Shown here: positions 50,121 through 60,407 of the stretch, one piece after another
How positions within the stretch are numbered: position 1 is the first letter of the stretch
Layout: every line of letters starts with the position of its first letter
Assembly (NCBI GenBank): GCA_030390025.1
Contig: CM059431.1
Location: 101,744,001 to 101,808,000, forward strand
Length of the DNA: 64,000 nucleotides
Direction of reading: 5' to 3'
Source of the DNA: Squalus acanthias
Taxonomy: Eukaryota
Translations under genes and position numbers: made by a program
Notes under the pieces: model-generated
Database searches by the model: none
What the model saw: only the letters and a program-made list of their open reading frames with translations
What the model was told of the DNA's origin: nothing

Positions 50121-50699
50121 TAAATGATTTTGCTTTCAAAAGCATTCATGTGTGGGTGTCAGATGGGGATGTGAAACGTATTTGTATTTCCCTTGATACG
50201 TCACACATGGATACATCTTCTCCCAGTCTGTAGTAACCGTGCATTCGAAGCTTAATGACTGTTTGATACGATACTGCAAGGTATGGCTCTGCCATCACAC
50301 GTACAGGGTTTTGATTCTGGATTGATGATGGTCAACTTTATTAATGTACAGCAGACTGATAATGTAACGTCATCCAGCTTAGAGTAGGTGGTCCATGCCT
50401 TAATGTCCAGACATGCTGTCCCGTGCAAGTGTCCAACATCAATCCTCCGCAGAGTCAGTTTACAGTGATTTTTTAAAATTTCTCTCTTTACTCTTTAGGG
50501 TAATCAGAGGTAAGATCAACCAGAGCTTTAAACTTTCCTAACTAATTGGTTTTTATTGACATTGAAGTGCAACAGGTTTTACAGCTAGAGGTTGATACAA
50601 CCTTTCAGTCAGAAATGTAACACGAAACTCCGAATGGCCAATTCTTTCTGCTTCGGGAGACTGAGGGGTTAATATTCCATCAACATTCTGCGTGGTGTT

Positions 50700-50877
50700 T
50701 GTCGTAAGAGTGAACTTAAAGTAAGCTTTAATCAACTAAAAAGGTGCTACATACAAAAGAGGTCTTACTCTATGCCTCTCCAGGATCCAACTGATCAGTC
50801 CAGTATTTATCCTGGACTAATCACAGGAAGTGATGCAATAAAGTTCGAGTCACAGGAAGCTGTATTGTGTTACCACA
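50700..50877 (-). repeat. 3' LTR, 178 bp
   Basis: Identical to 54931-55124 except for a 16-bp deletion. Confidence 0.95.
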
Positions 50878-50889
50878 TTCTCCCCCCCC
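50878..50889 (-). other. Polypurine tract
   Basis: - strand ggggggggagaa directly before the 3' LTR. Confidence 0.9.
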
Positions 50890-50895
50890 AAAAGA

Positions 50896-53800
50896 TTAGG
50901 AGGCCGGGATGCTCCCTCCATTTCGTAGCCGCTGGACGAGGGAGAGCCGCACCCGTTTGGGTTCTCGTAGCGGTAGAGGGTCCCTAGCCCGTTTACCCGT
51001 CGCGGGCCGTGGACCAGAGTCCGAGTGATCCAGCCCGCTCTGTGAGGGGTCAGGACGATCCTGACTGTGTACTGGTGCCCGAACGGGTGTCGGGCAGGGC
51101 TGTGGCAGATCCGTTTCCGAGCGTACGGTACGGGGTGGATCGTGGCTGCGCGTGCGAGCCCCGACGGGCTCATAGTCAGTCTGCCCCAGGTCGGCACGCT
51201 GGAGTGAGGTACCAGCCGGCGTCAGATCCAGATCGTGATGAGAGGCACCTGGCGAGCCCAGAGATGTACCTGGTACAATATCATCCCCTGGTGTCCCTCT
51301 ATGTTTTGGCGGGCAGGGAGCCAGATCCCGCAATGACACGGTAGATTCCCGACCGTCAGGATACCGAATATAGGCGTAGGTAGGTTTGACGTCAGTGAGC
51401 TCAACCTCATCTACCAGGGGGTCATTCTTAGACGCCCGGACATATCTTCGGAGTAGCACTGGTCCCGGTGCAGTCAGCCACGACGGGAGAGATATCCCAT
51501 AGGATGAGCGACGCTGAAATCGGAAGAACCGTTCATGAGGCGTCGTATTCATGGCGGTCGAAAGGAGGGACCGTGTGGAGTGTAATGCGTCTGGAAGTAC
51601 TGCTTCCCATTGCTGGTTGGGTAGGCCCCGAGATCTCAAAGCCAGACGTACCGCATTCCAGATGATGGCGTTAAAACGCTCGACTTGCCCATTCCCGACC
51701 GGATGATAAGGCGTTGTTTTGCTGGCAGCAATACCCCGTTCCGAGAGATAGGCCTTGAGTTCTCCTGACATAAAAGAAGGGCCCCGATCCGAATGAACAT
51801 AGGATGCTATGCCACAGAAAGCAAATACCTGCTCAAGGCAGCTGATAACCGTGGTCGTCAGCATATTGGGGCAGGGAAAGGCAAACGGAAAACAGGAATA
51901 CTCATCGACCATGGTCAATAGATAAGTGTTGCGAGTTGAAGAGGGCAACGGCCCCTTAAAATCGATGCTAAGCCGTTGCATTGGCTGGGTCGCATGTATG
52001 AGTATACCACCCGAGGGGCGGAAAAACCGAGGTTTCAATTCCGCACAGACTCTGCAGTCCGAGCACATCTTCTTTACATCCCCGGTAGAGAATGGGAGAT
52101 TTCGGGACCGCACGAAGTGTAGCATGCGAGTAACGCCCGGATGACACAACCCATCATGGATGTCTACGAGCGTAGAGGGTGCCATGGCGGAGCAGAATGC
52201 TCGTGTGAGGGTATCCGGAGCCACATTCTCCTTGCCAGGTCGATAGTGGATGGTGTAACCAAAAGAGGCCAATTCCAGCCGCCAAAGCTGGATTTTATTA
52301 TTTTTAATTTTGGTCCGTTTTCGATTATCGAGCATGAAGGCGACCGATCGCTGGTCCGTGATTAAGGTAAAGTGCTGGCGAGCTAGGAGATGACTCCACT
52401 TCCGTACTGCCTCTATGATGGCTGTAGCTTCTTTCTCGACTGGAGGATAATGTAGCTCGGCCCCTTGAAAAGTCCTGGACAAAAATGCCACCGGACGACC
52501 TTCCTGATTCAGAGTGGCCGAGATCGCCATCTCCGAGGCATCACACTCAACAACAAAAGGAAGACTCTCATCGATGGAGTGAAAAGCCGCTTTCTCCAAC
52601 TGTTTTTTCAGGAGGTTAAAGGCTGCAACAGCCGCTGTGTCTAGTGGGAATGTGCTGGCCTTCAGTAGAGGTTGGATTCGGTCCGAGAAGTTAGGAATCC
52701 ATTTAGCATAGTATGCAAACAGGCCGAGGGCCCGGCGCAAGGAGGCCGGATTCTTAGGTGGCGGGAGTTCTTGGAGTGGGCGAAGCCTTTCAGGGTCAGG
52801 TTTAATGATGCCATTGCCCACACAATAGCCAAGGATGTTGATGGTTGGTTGTGACTCAATGGATTTAGCCGCATTTAATGTCAAATTACGGTGCTGGAGT
52901 GCATCCCAAAATCGTTGGAGATTGGCGTCATGTTCCCGCTGATTGCGACCTGCGACAGTAATATTGTCCAGATAAGGAAACGTATCCTTCAAGTCTTCCT
53001 GTTTGACCAGGTCATCCATTGCTCGCTGGAAGACAGCCACTCCATTAGTGACCCCAAAGGGGAGGCGACGAAATTGATACAGCCGTCCATTGGCTTCAAA
53101 GGCCGTATACTGCTTGTCTGAGACCTTCAAGGGTACCTGATGATAGGCACTTTTCAGATCACATGTTGAGAACACCGTGTACTCAGCCAATTTATTAACC
53201 ATATCATCGATGCGCGGCAATGGGTATGCATCCAAGTCCGTATATTGATTGATGGTCTGTGAATAGTCAATGCACAGCCGTTTCTTGTGAGGTTGTAGAG
53301 GGTTCTTAACAATAACGACCTGGGCGCGCCATGGCGACGAACAAGGCTCGATGATATCCTCTGCTAAAAGCCGAGAAATCTCAGCCGCAATAAAAGACTG
53401 GTCTTCCTGACTGAAATGTCGTGACTTTGTTATAATCGGTTTGCATCGAGGAGGGATACTGGTAAACAGTGAGGGTTCATCCAGTGAAGCTGCTGACAAT
53501 GCACAGAACGGTAATCGAGGTAGTATATTAGAAATAGTGAGTTCAGGTTTGGATCCGCCGAACTCAATGGTGAGCTTCTTATGCTGCTTTTGAAAATCCA
53601 GCCCTAAGATAAGATCACTACATAAGTCCTTGAGCACCAAAAGCCGGGTGGAGGGATACCTGTGACCATTAAGTGTTATTTCAACCATACAAAAGCCAGA
53701 AATTCTGGTATTAAGTGATGACTGAGCCATCGCAATTGCCTGGTCCGATGGGAAAACATGCAGCTTTAACTCTGCAACAATCTGTTCCCTAATGAAACTA

Positions 53801-54852
53801 TCAGTGCTACCGGAGTCAATTAAGGCATCTAAAGTATGTCCATTAATTGATGCTTTTGTAGCTGCATGGAATAGGTTCTGAGGACAAGCAGCTGTAATTG
53901 GTGTCGTTGCACAAAGAGTGGCTGAAACTCTATGTGTGTTTCTTCGAGAGGAAACCCGAGAGGAAGCACGATAGATTTTAGCCGGAACATCTTGATAGGC
54001 CCTTACCGGGGCAGTTCGGTAGGACTTAGCTTGATAAGCCCTCGTAGAGGCTCTTGATAGGCAAACCTTTGCAAAATGACCCTTTTTGTTGCAATGACTG
54101 CAAAACGCATTGCGAGCAGGGCAGAATTTCCGAGGGTGAAACTCATCACCACAAAAGAAGCATTTCTTAGATTGCCAAGAGGCTGCCACAGTGGGGTCAT
54201 CATCCTCTTCATCAGTGAAGTCATCAGATTGATCGTCAGGGATAAAGTCCTCCCTAATAGAGTTCACCTGTGGCCTCTTAAATTGCCTGACTGTAGTTAA
54301 GGCAGCAGACCGAGGTCTGGGCACTGTATAAAGGTCTGCATTTCTTTTTGCCAGATCTAGAGAGCAAGCCATGTCATAAGCTCTCTGAAGCTCAAGTGTC
54401 TTACTTTCCAGTAGACGCTGGCATATAAATGGGGAGGCAAGCCCGCAGATGAAAGCATCACGGATCATTTCTTCACGGTACAGCTCAGCTGAGGCCGCCT
54501 GAAAGTTACAGTCCATACTAAGTCTGCGAAGCTCTTGGAGGAATTTATCAATGGATTCCTCCGGCCCTTGTTGGGCTGTAGCTAGTAGATGTCTGGCATA
54601 GACCTCATTCGGTGTCTTAGTATATAGTCTCTTAAGCGTCCGAATTGCCTCCTCGTAACTGCCCCATTCCTCCACATACTGAAATACATTCGGGGTGACA
54701 CAGTTGATGAGTATCCGCAACTTTGAGTCATCATCAGCCTTGCAATATTCAAGAAAATTGTCAAACGTGCGATACCAGTGTTTCCACACCTTACTGGCTG
54801 CTGGGGTGTTTGGTTCCAAGTCAAGACGCGATGGTTTAAGGATGTTTTCCAT
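50896..54852 (-). CDS. Gag-Pol polyprotein, 1318 aa
   Basis: Two CX2CX4HX4C knuckles (CFFCGDEFHPRKFC, CSHCNKKGHFAKVC), protease LIDSGS, RT (DLKSAYHQ, LPFG, YLDN), RNase H (CDAS, EKE, TDQ, PDTLTR), integrase HHCC + IDF/SDRG/VERFN. Confidence 0.95.
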   Translation of the reverse strand: MENILKPSRLDLEPNTPAASKVWKHWYRTFDNFLEYCKADDDSKLRILINCVTPNVFQYVEEWGSYEEAIRTLKRLYTKTPNEVYARHLLATAQQGPEESIDKFLQELRRLSMDCNFQAASAELYREEMIRDAFICGLASPFICQRLLESKTLELQRAYDMACSLDLAKRNADLYTVPRPRSAALTTVRQFKRPQVNSIREDFIPDDQSDDFTDEEDDDPTVAASWQSKKCFFCGDEFHPRKFCPARNAFCSHCNKKGHFAKVCLSRASTRAYQAKSYRTAPVRAYQDVPAKIYRASSRVSSRRNTHRVSATLCATTPITAACPQNLFHAATKASINGHTLDALIDSGSTDSFIREQIVAELKLHVFPSDQAIAMAQSSLNTRISGFCMVEITLNGHRYPSTRLLVLKDLCSDLILGLDFQKQHKKLTIEFGGSKPELTISNILPRLPFCALSAASLDEPSLFTSIPPRCKPIITKSRHFSQEDQSFIAAEISRLLAEDIIEPCSSPWRAQVVIVKNPLQPHKKRLCIDYSQTINQYTDLDAYPLPRIDDMVNKLAEYTVFSTCDLKSAYHQVPLKVSDKQYTAFEANGRLYQFRRLPFGVTNGVAVFQRAMDDLVKQEDLKDTFPYLDNITVAGRNQREHDANLQRFWDALQHRNLTLNAAKSIESQPTINILGYCVGNGIIKPDPERLRPLQELPPPKNPASLRRALGLFAYYAKWIPNFSDRIQPLLKASTFPLDTAAVAAFNLLKKQLEKAAFHSIDESLPFVVECDASEMAISATLNQEGRPVAFLSRTFQGAELHYPPVEKEATAIIEAVRKWSHLLARQHFTLITDQRSVAFMLDNRKRTKIKNNKIQLWRLELASFGYTIHYRPGKENVAPDTLTRAFCSAMAPSTLVDIHDGLCHPGVTRMLHFVRSRNLPFSTGDVKKMCSDCRVCAELKPRFFRPSGGILIHATQPMQRLSIDFKGPLPSSTRNTYLLTMVDEYSCFPFAFPCPNMLTTTVISCLEQVFAFCGIASYVHSDRGPSFMSGELKAYLSERGIAASKTTPYHPVGNGQVERFNAIIWNAVRLALRSRGLPNQQWEAVLPDALHSTRSLLSTAMNTTPHERFFRFQRRSSYGISLPSWLTAPGPVLLRRYVRASKNDPLVDEVELTDVKPTYAYIRYPDGRESTVSLRDLAPCPPKHRGTPGDDIVPGTSLGSPGASHHDLDLTPAGTSLQRADLGQTDYEPVGARTRSHDPPRTVRSETDLPQPCPTPVRAPVHSQDRPDPSQSGLDHSDSGPRPATGKRARDPLPLREPKRVRLSLVQRLRNGGSIPAS

Positions 54853-54930
54853 GATGGGTGATTCCCTGGATCCTTAGTTCCGAGTTCGTCCAAAAAGTTT
54901 GAGTGCGAAGTTTTCCAAAGTTGATTAAAT

Positions 54931-55124
54931 TGTCGTAAGAATGAGCCTTATGCGTGGTGAACTTAAAGTAAGCTTTAATCAACTAAAAAGGTGCTACATA
55001 CAAAAGAGGTCTTACTCTATGCCTCTCCAGGATCCAACTGATCAGTCCAGTATTTATCCTGGACTAATCACAGGAAGTGATGCAATAAAGTTCGAGTCAC
55101 AGGAAGCTGTATTGTGTTACCACA
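54931..55124 (-). repeat. 5' LTR, 194 bp
   Basis: - strand TGTGGTAAC...TTACGACA with GATAAATA (55051-55058) and ATTAAA (54974-54979). Confidence 0.95.
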
Positions 55125-55149
55125 GTGTTCATCTGGTCTGTCTCTGGAA

Positions 55150-55690
55150 TGTGTCCTCAAACTTACTCAAATTGCTGCGTTCAGTTCTGGACACCTCAGG
55201 AAGGTTATATTGGCCTTGGAGGGGGGGCAGCGCAGACTCACCAGATTGATACCGGAGCTAAAAGGGGCTAAATTATGAGGACATGCTGCCTAGACTAGGC
55301 TTGTATTCCCTTGAATACCGAAGATTAGGGGCGACCTAATTGAGGTGTTTAAGATAATTATGGTAGAGAGAAACTATTTCCTCTGGTGGGGGGAGTCCAG
55401 AACAAGGGGCACAACCTTAAAATTAGAGCCAGGCCGTTCAGGGGTGATGTCAGGAAGCACTTCTTCACACAAAGGGTAGTGGAAATCTGGAACTCTCTTC
55501 CCCAAAAAGCTGTTGAGGCTGGGGGTCAATTGAAAATGTCAAAACTGAGATTGATAGATTTTTTTTTAGTTAAGAGTATTAAGGGTTACGGAACCAAGGC
55601 GGGTAGATGGAGTTAAGATACAGATCAGCCGTGATCTCATTGAATGGCGGAACAGGCTCGAGGGGGCTGAACGGCCTCCTCCTGTTCCTG
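55150..55690 (+). mobile_element. CR1 LINE 3' fragment
   Basis: Family match to 7265-7684. Confidence 0.8.
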
Positions 55691-56124
55691 TGGCTGCCTC
55701 ACTTGTTCCCTCTGAGCAGAGGGCGTTGGGAAATTTGCAAGAAGGAATATTGGAGGATGAATTGACCCAGACCTTAAATGCTACCAGATTAATGGTGTCG
55801 TTGGTGGGAGGCCTGAGGGTTGATTAAAGGTCCAGCTTCTTGGCCAAAGAAATGAGTCATGTGAACTTTATCCAGGAGGTTTAAAGAAAGAGGCCATTTT
55901 ATAAAGGCTTGTGTTTCCGAGAACTGTTTGATCGGTGACAGTGGACTGTAAAAATAACTAGACTTGGTATTTCCGATGCACCTCAGCCCTCCTTGCCATT
56001 ATTTACAGCCCCTGTATTCAGGCTCCTCGAGACCTCATCTGTCTCAGGAGCTTTGTAACTCTGAGATAATGTTAAGAGAAATTCATTAAAATGTATACTT
56101 GAAAATCTGGGTTGAAGAGTGCTT

Positions 56125-57058
56125 ATAGGAACAGGAGGAGACCATTCAGCCCCTCGAGCCTGTTCCGCCATTCGATGAGATCATGGCTGATCTGCGACCT
56201 AACTCCATATACCCGCCTTTGCCCCGTATCCCTAAACCTAGAAACATAGAAGATAGGAGCAGGAATAGGCCATTCGGCCCCTCTAGCCTGCTCCGCCATT
56301 CAATGCAATCATGGCTGATCATCCAAATTCAGAACCCTGTCCCTGCTTTCCCCCCATATCCCTTGATCCCTTTAGCCTTAAGAAATATATCCAACTCCTT
56401 CTTGAATATATTTAATGCATTGGCCTCTACTGCCTTCTGTGGTAGAGAATTCCACAGGTTCACCACTCTCTGGGTGAAGAAATTCCTCCTAATTTCTGTC
56501 CTAAATGGCTTACCCCTTATCCTTAGACTGTGACCCCTGGTTCTGGACTCCCCGACCATCGGGAACATCCTTCCTGCATCTAGTCTGTCCAGTCCTGTCA
56601 GAATTTTATAAGTTTCAATGAGATACCCTCTAATTCTTCTAAACTCCAGTGAGTATAAGCCCAATCGACCCAATCTCTCCTCATACATCATTCCTGCCAT
56701 CCCAGGTATCAGCCTGGTGAATCTTCGCTGAACTCCTTCCATGGCAAGAACATCCTTCCTCAGATAAGGAGAACCTCCTTCCTCAGATAACACCTTTGGT
56801 TAACAGAAATCTATCAATCTCAGATTTAAAATTAACAATTGATCTAGCATCAACTGGCGTTTGCAGCAGAGAGTTCTAAACTTCTACCACCCTTTGTGTG
56901 TAGAAGTGTTTCCTAACTTCACTCCTGAAAGTTCTGGCTCTAATTTTTAGACTATGCCCCCTAGTCCTAGAATCCCCAACCAGCGGAAATAGTTTCTCTC
57001 TATCTACCCTATCTGTTCCCCTTAATATCCTGAAAACTTCGATCAGATCACCCCTTAA
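56125..57058 (-). mobile_element. CR1 fragment with a younger nested CR1 (about 56240-56772)
   Basis: SPYLRKDVLAMEGVQRRFTR ORF inside a second CR1 tail. Confidence 0.85.
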
Positions 57059-57613
57059 AGTCCGCTCTTAAAATCAACTTGCCCAATAAATCTTTTATCT
57101 GTTGTATTTCGAGTCTATAGAGGATAAATTAAAAGTTGCCAGTGATCCTAGAATGCAGCCTGGTCTCCTTGTGAATATGCGAAGAAAAGTGAGAAAACAA
57201 ATGATATAGCTGCTGAAAGGTGCCACTTAAACTTTCCCTGAATCGTTAGCTGTGGGTTTGATTCCGAGCGACCGTTGAATCTTTGCAGCGGAGAGCCGAC
57301 CGTATTTGGCCGTTCCTGACCATCCTATTGTGCGACAAATCTGGCTGCTTGGTTCCTCTCCAATTCAACTCGTTGAATCTTTCCAGTAGACGCTCTCCTG
57401 CCTGTGTTGTCAGTTCAGTGGTCCCCAGGAGGCATCGTGTTGGGAATAACCGCAGTGCACAAGTTCATGCCAATTAGTTGCAAGTCCCAAAGGGAATACA
57501 GTGAATTCTGAGGAAAATTGGATGTCAAGTCGGTGTGATTTTACAAGAGTAGAACTGTCTTTTCTTTTATTAAATTTGACAGAATAACATGAAACTACTT
57601 GTTTGTTTTGTAG

Positions 57614-57680
57614 ATGCGTTGATCACTTACTGGAACAAGGCTTCTACCTCTGAAATGATGGACTTTTTTACAATCTTAGA
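57614..57680 (+). CDS. DOCK9: DOCK9 exon (DALITYWNKASTSEMMDFFTIL-E)
   Basis: ttgtag acceptor, gtgagt donor, 67 nt, phase 1/2. Confidence 0.95.
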
Positions 57681-58416
57681 GTGAGTGTATATGAGCACTG
57701 AAACCTTGCTGATGTATCTTACAGTAACCCTACAGCGCCACAGGAGGCCATTTGGCCCATCATGCCTGTGCCGGCTCTTTGAACGAGCTGTCCAATTAGT
57801 CCCACTCCCCCCTGCTCTTTCCCCGTAGCCCCGTAATTTTTCCTTTTGAAGTATTTATCCAATTCCCCTTTTGAAAGTTACTATTGAATCTGTTTCCACC
57901 GCCCTTTCAGGCAGCGCATTCCAGACTTAGAAATATATCGGCCGATCCTTCATCGTCGCTGGGTCAAAATCCTGGAACTCCCTCCCTAACAGCACTGTGG
58001 GAGCACCTTCACCACACGGACTGCAGCGGTTCAAGAAGGCGGCTCACCACCACCTTCTCGAGGGCAATTAGGGATGGGCAATAAATGCCGGCCTTGCCAG
58101 CGACGCCCACATCCCATAAACGAATAAAATAAAGATCACAACAACTCGCTGCGTTTAACAAAAAAATTCTCCTCATCTCCCCTCTGGTTCTTTTAATAAA
58201 ACAAAATTGTTTAACCATTATATGTAGAGAATTATAGTACATTTATTGTTGGTGGCAATTTGTTTTTTCCTGTCTACAATTCTGTTTAACCAATTTAATT
58301 GTGAAAACGTAAACACCGGCACGGACCAGTTGGGCCGAATGGCCTGATTCTGTGCTGTAAATACAATGTAATTCTGTGTAATACTGCGCTGATTATTACA
58401 TTTCCCTTCTCCACAG

Positions 58417-58464
58417 AGTCTGTCTTCATCAGTTCAGATACATGGGGAAACGATACATAGCAAG
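58417..58464 (+). CDS. DOCK9: DOCK9 exon (VCLHQFRYMGKRYIA-R)
   Basis: ccacag acceptor, gtactg donor, 48 nt, phase 2/2. Confidence 0.95.
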
Positions 58465-60407
58465 GTACTGTTACTGATTCTGTCCGTTATTCAGAAATGT
58501 TAATCCACGTTTCTTTAAATTTGGAAAGAAAGACTTGCATTTCTATAGCACCTTTAACAATCTCAGGATGTCCCAAAGCGCTTTACAGCCAGTGAGGTAC
58601 TTAATGAAGTGTAGTCACCGTTGTAATGTAGGAAACGCGACAGCCAATTTGCGCACAGCAAGCTCCCACAAACGGCACTCCGGGTGAGATCTGACAAACC
58701 AGCGCCAAATAGCGGGCAATTTTAAACGTAAGTTACGCCCGGCGTAAATGGAGTTTCCGCCATCTTTGACGCTGGTTTAAAAATATCATTTTGCCCCATG
58801 CCGGCCCCGCCCACAAAACTTGTCCCCGGATCAAAACCAGGAGCGCGGTGAGATTCCGCCCGTTGCGCTGGCTTGGGAAGGCTCTTCAAATTGCGCTGGG
58901 TGTTTTTTTTTTAGAAGCATACGCATGAGTTGGCCCGTTTTAAAAGTTATTACATATTTAATTTACTGAGAAACTGACTAATGTCCCCAAATGAAACTAG
59001 TAAATGAGTCATTTTAAAATCAGGTTACTCACAGGTGGAGGACGGGACACCCTGATTAAAAATGCTTATTTTTTTTGGCGATAAACCCATTTTAAGCGGT
59101 ATTAATAAAACTGCACCAGGTTACCGCTCTTCGATATATTGAGGAATACTTTGTAATGCTAATAAAAGGGACGATTGCGCTATTTCGTGGGAGATTTCAC
59201 GTCTGTGATTATGCAAATTTATTTTAGCGGCCGCTTGAACTGTAACCTCACCGCTGCAATTTCAAGCGCAATTGGCGCCCAAGTTTCCCGTTGTACCGAG
59301 AGCGGAAACTCTGCCCCCGACAAACCCGAACGTATGTCGGGGGGTGGGGGGGGGGAACTCTCCGTTCGGTTCAGGAGTTTTATATCCATCCCGAGATGCG
59401 CAGGTTACGAGTTAAAGTGTGACGGTGAATTGTTTTTACTGGACACGCTCTCTCTTTGCTCAGAAAGCTGATTGCACTTTTTCCAACTACCAGTGTCGTT
59501 TAAAAACTGTGAAGCTTAATTTCTGATGGACTAACGAGAATTTGCGTTTTGTTAATTTTATGCAACTATTTTGATTTAACCTTTCTGTTTATTGGTTACG
59601 TTTTCCAGTTATCCTTCACGAACTAACCTGTTCTGGTTTCTGTAGTTGTTGAGAGCTCTGGTGGTGGTATGAAGCAGTGAACTCCTAACACAAGTTACCC
59701 TTTATTTTTCTGTTTCACACCCGTACGCTGACAAGTGCTAAAACAAAAAAAAAGTAAATGTGTATGGCTCCTCCCCTCTTGCTGGGTAAGATTTGCTTTG
59801 CATGAAAAGATTATTTTGTGTGCCTCCGTCTCCTTGAGTTTCGTGGTCCCGCCCCTGTTTGTTTTGCCGGCGATCTTTGAGAACTTCTGTACGCAGGTGG
59901 AGAAGTTCACTGAAAAGAAAGCCGTCTCTCTCTCTCTCACTTTTTTTAATGTTACTGCCGACTTGCTAACACTTACTAGAAAACATGCTTCCTTGCTTGT
60001 GCTTGCTTGCTTGCTTGCTGTGGCCATTATAGCTTCACATTTCTTCATTCGCCTTAATGGAGTTAAGCATTCGATGCGTATTGTGAACACCAACCCGTAA
60101 AGTTGTCCTTGTGGTCCTATTGGTTTTTTTTAATTGTAAGAAAATGCTGCTTCCAAAAGTTTTGTGCCTTTTTGGAAAGCTGACGAGCGCAGCCGTGGCC
60201 ATTTTTTTAAATGGTTGCTTTATTTATTTTTTTTGAATTCGTGTCTGTGGGCCTGAAGTAGTTAAAATTGGAAATGTAGTCAAGCTAACAGAGGTTTAGC
60301 CTCTGTACAACACGCAATAAAGTAGCAACTGCTTCACTAACACTTGGCTTTTTGCAAGCGTTGTGCTGACGTTAACCTTTGCTCTGTCCCATTTCCCCCA
60401 CTTGCAG

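Larger units (their letters stand above)
50700..55124 (-). mobile_element. Full-length Ty3/Gypsy LTR retrotransposon, 4425 bp (two-knuckle Gag, probably Mag-like lineage)
   Basis: TG...CA LTRs, 5-bp TSD gtgtt (50695-50699 / 55125-55129), PPT, single gag-pol ORF in PR-RT-RH-IN order. Confidence 0.97.

Noticed and set aside
50896..51300. Chromodomain or env at the polyprotein C-terminus
   Set aside because: Tail is low-complexity P/R/D-rich with no aromatic-cage pattern; no room for a further ORF before the PPT
59430..59471. LDTLSL peptide resembling the next DOCK9 exon
   Set aside because: Lies upstream of the exon it should follow, ends in a stop, and has no surrounding similarity; chance match
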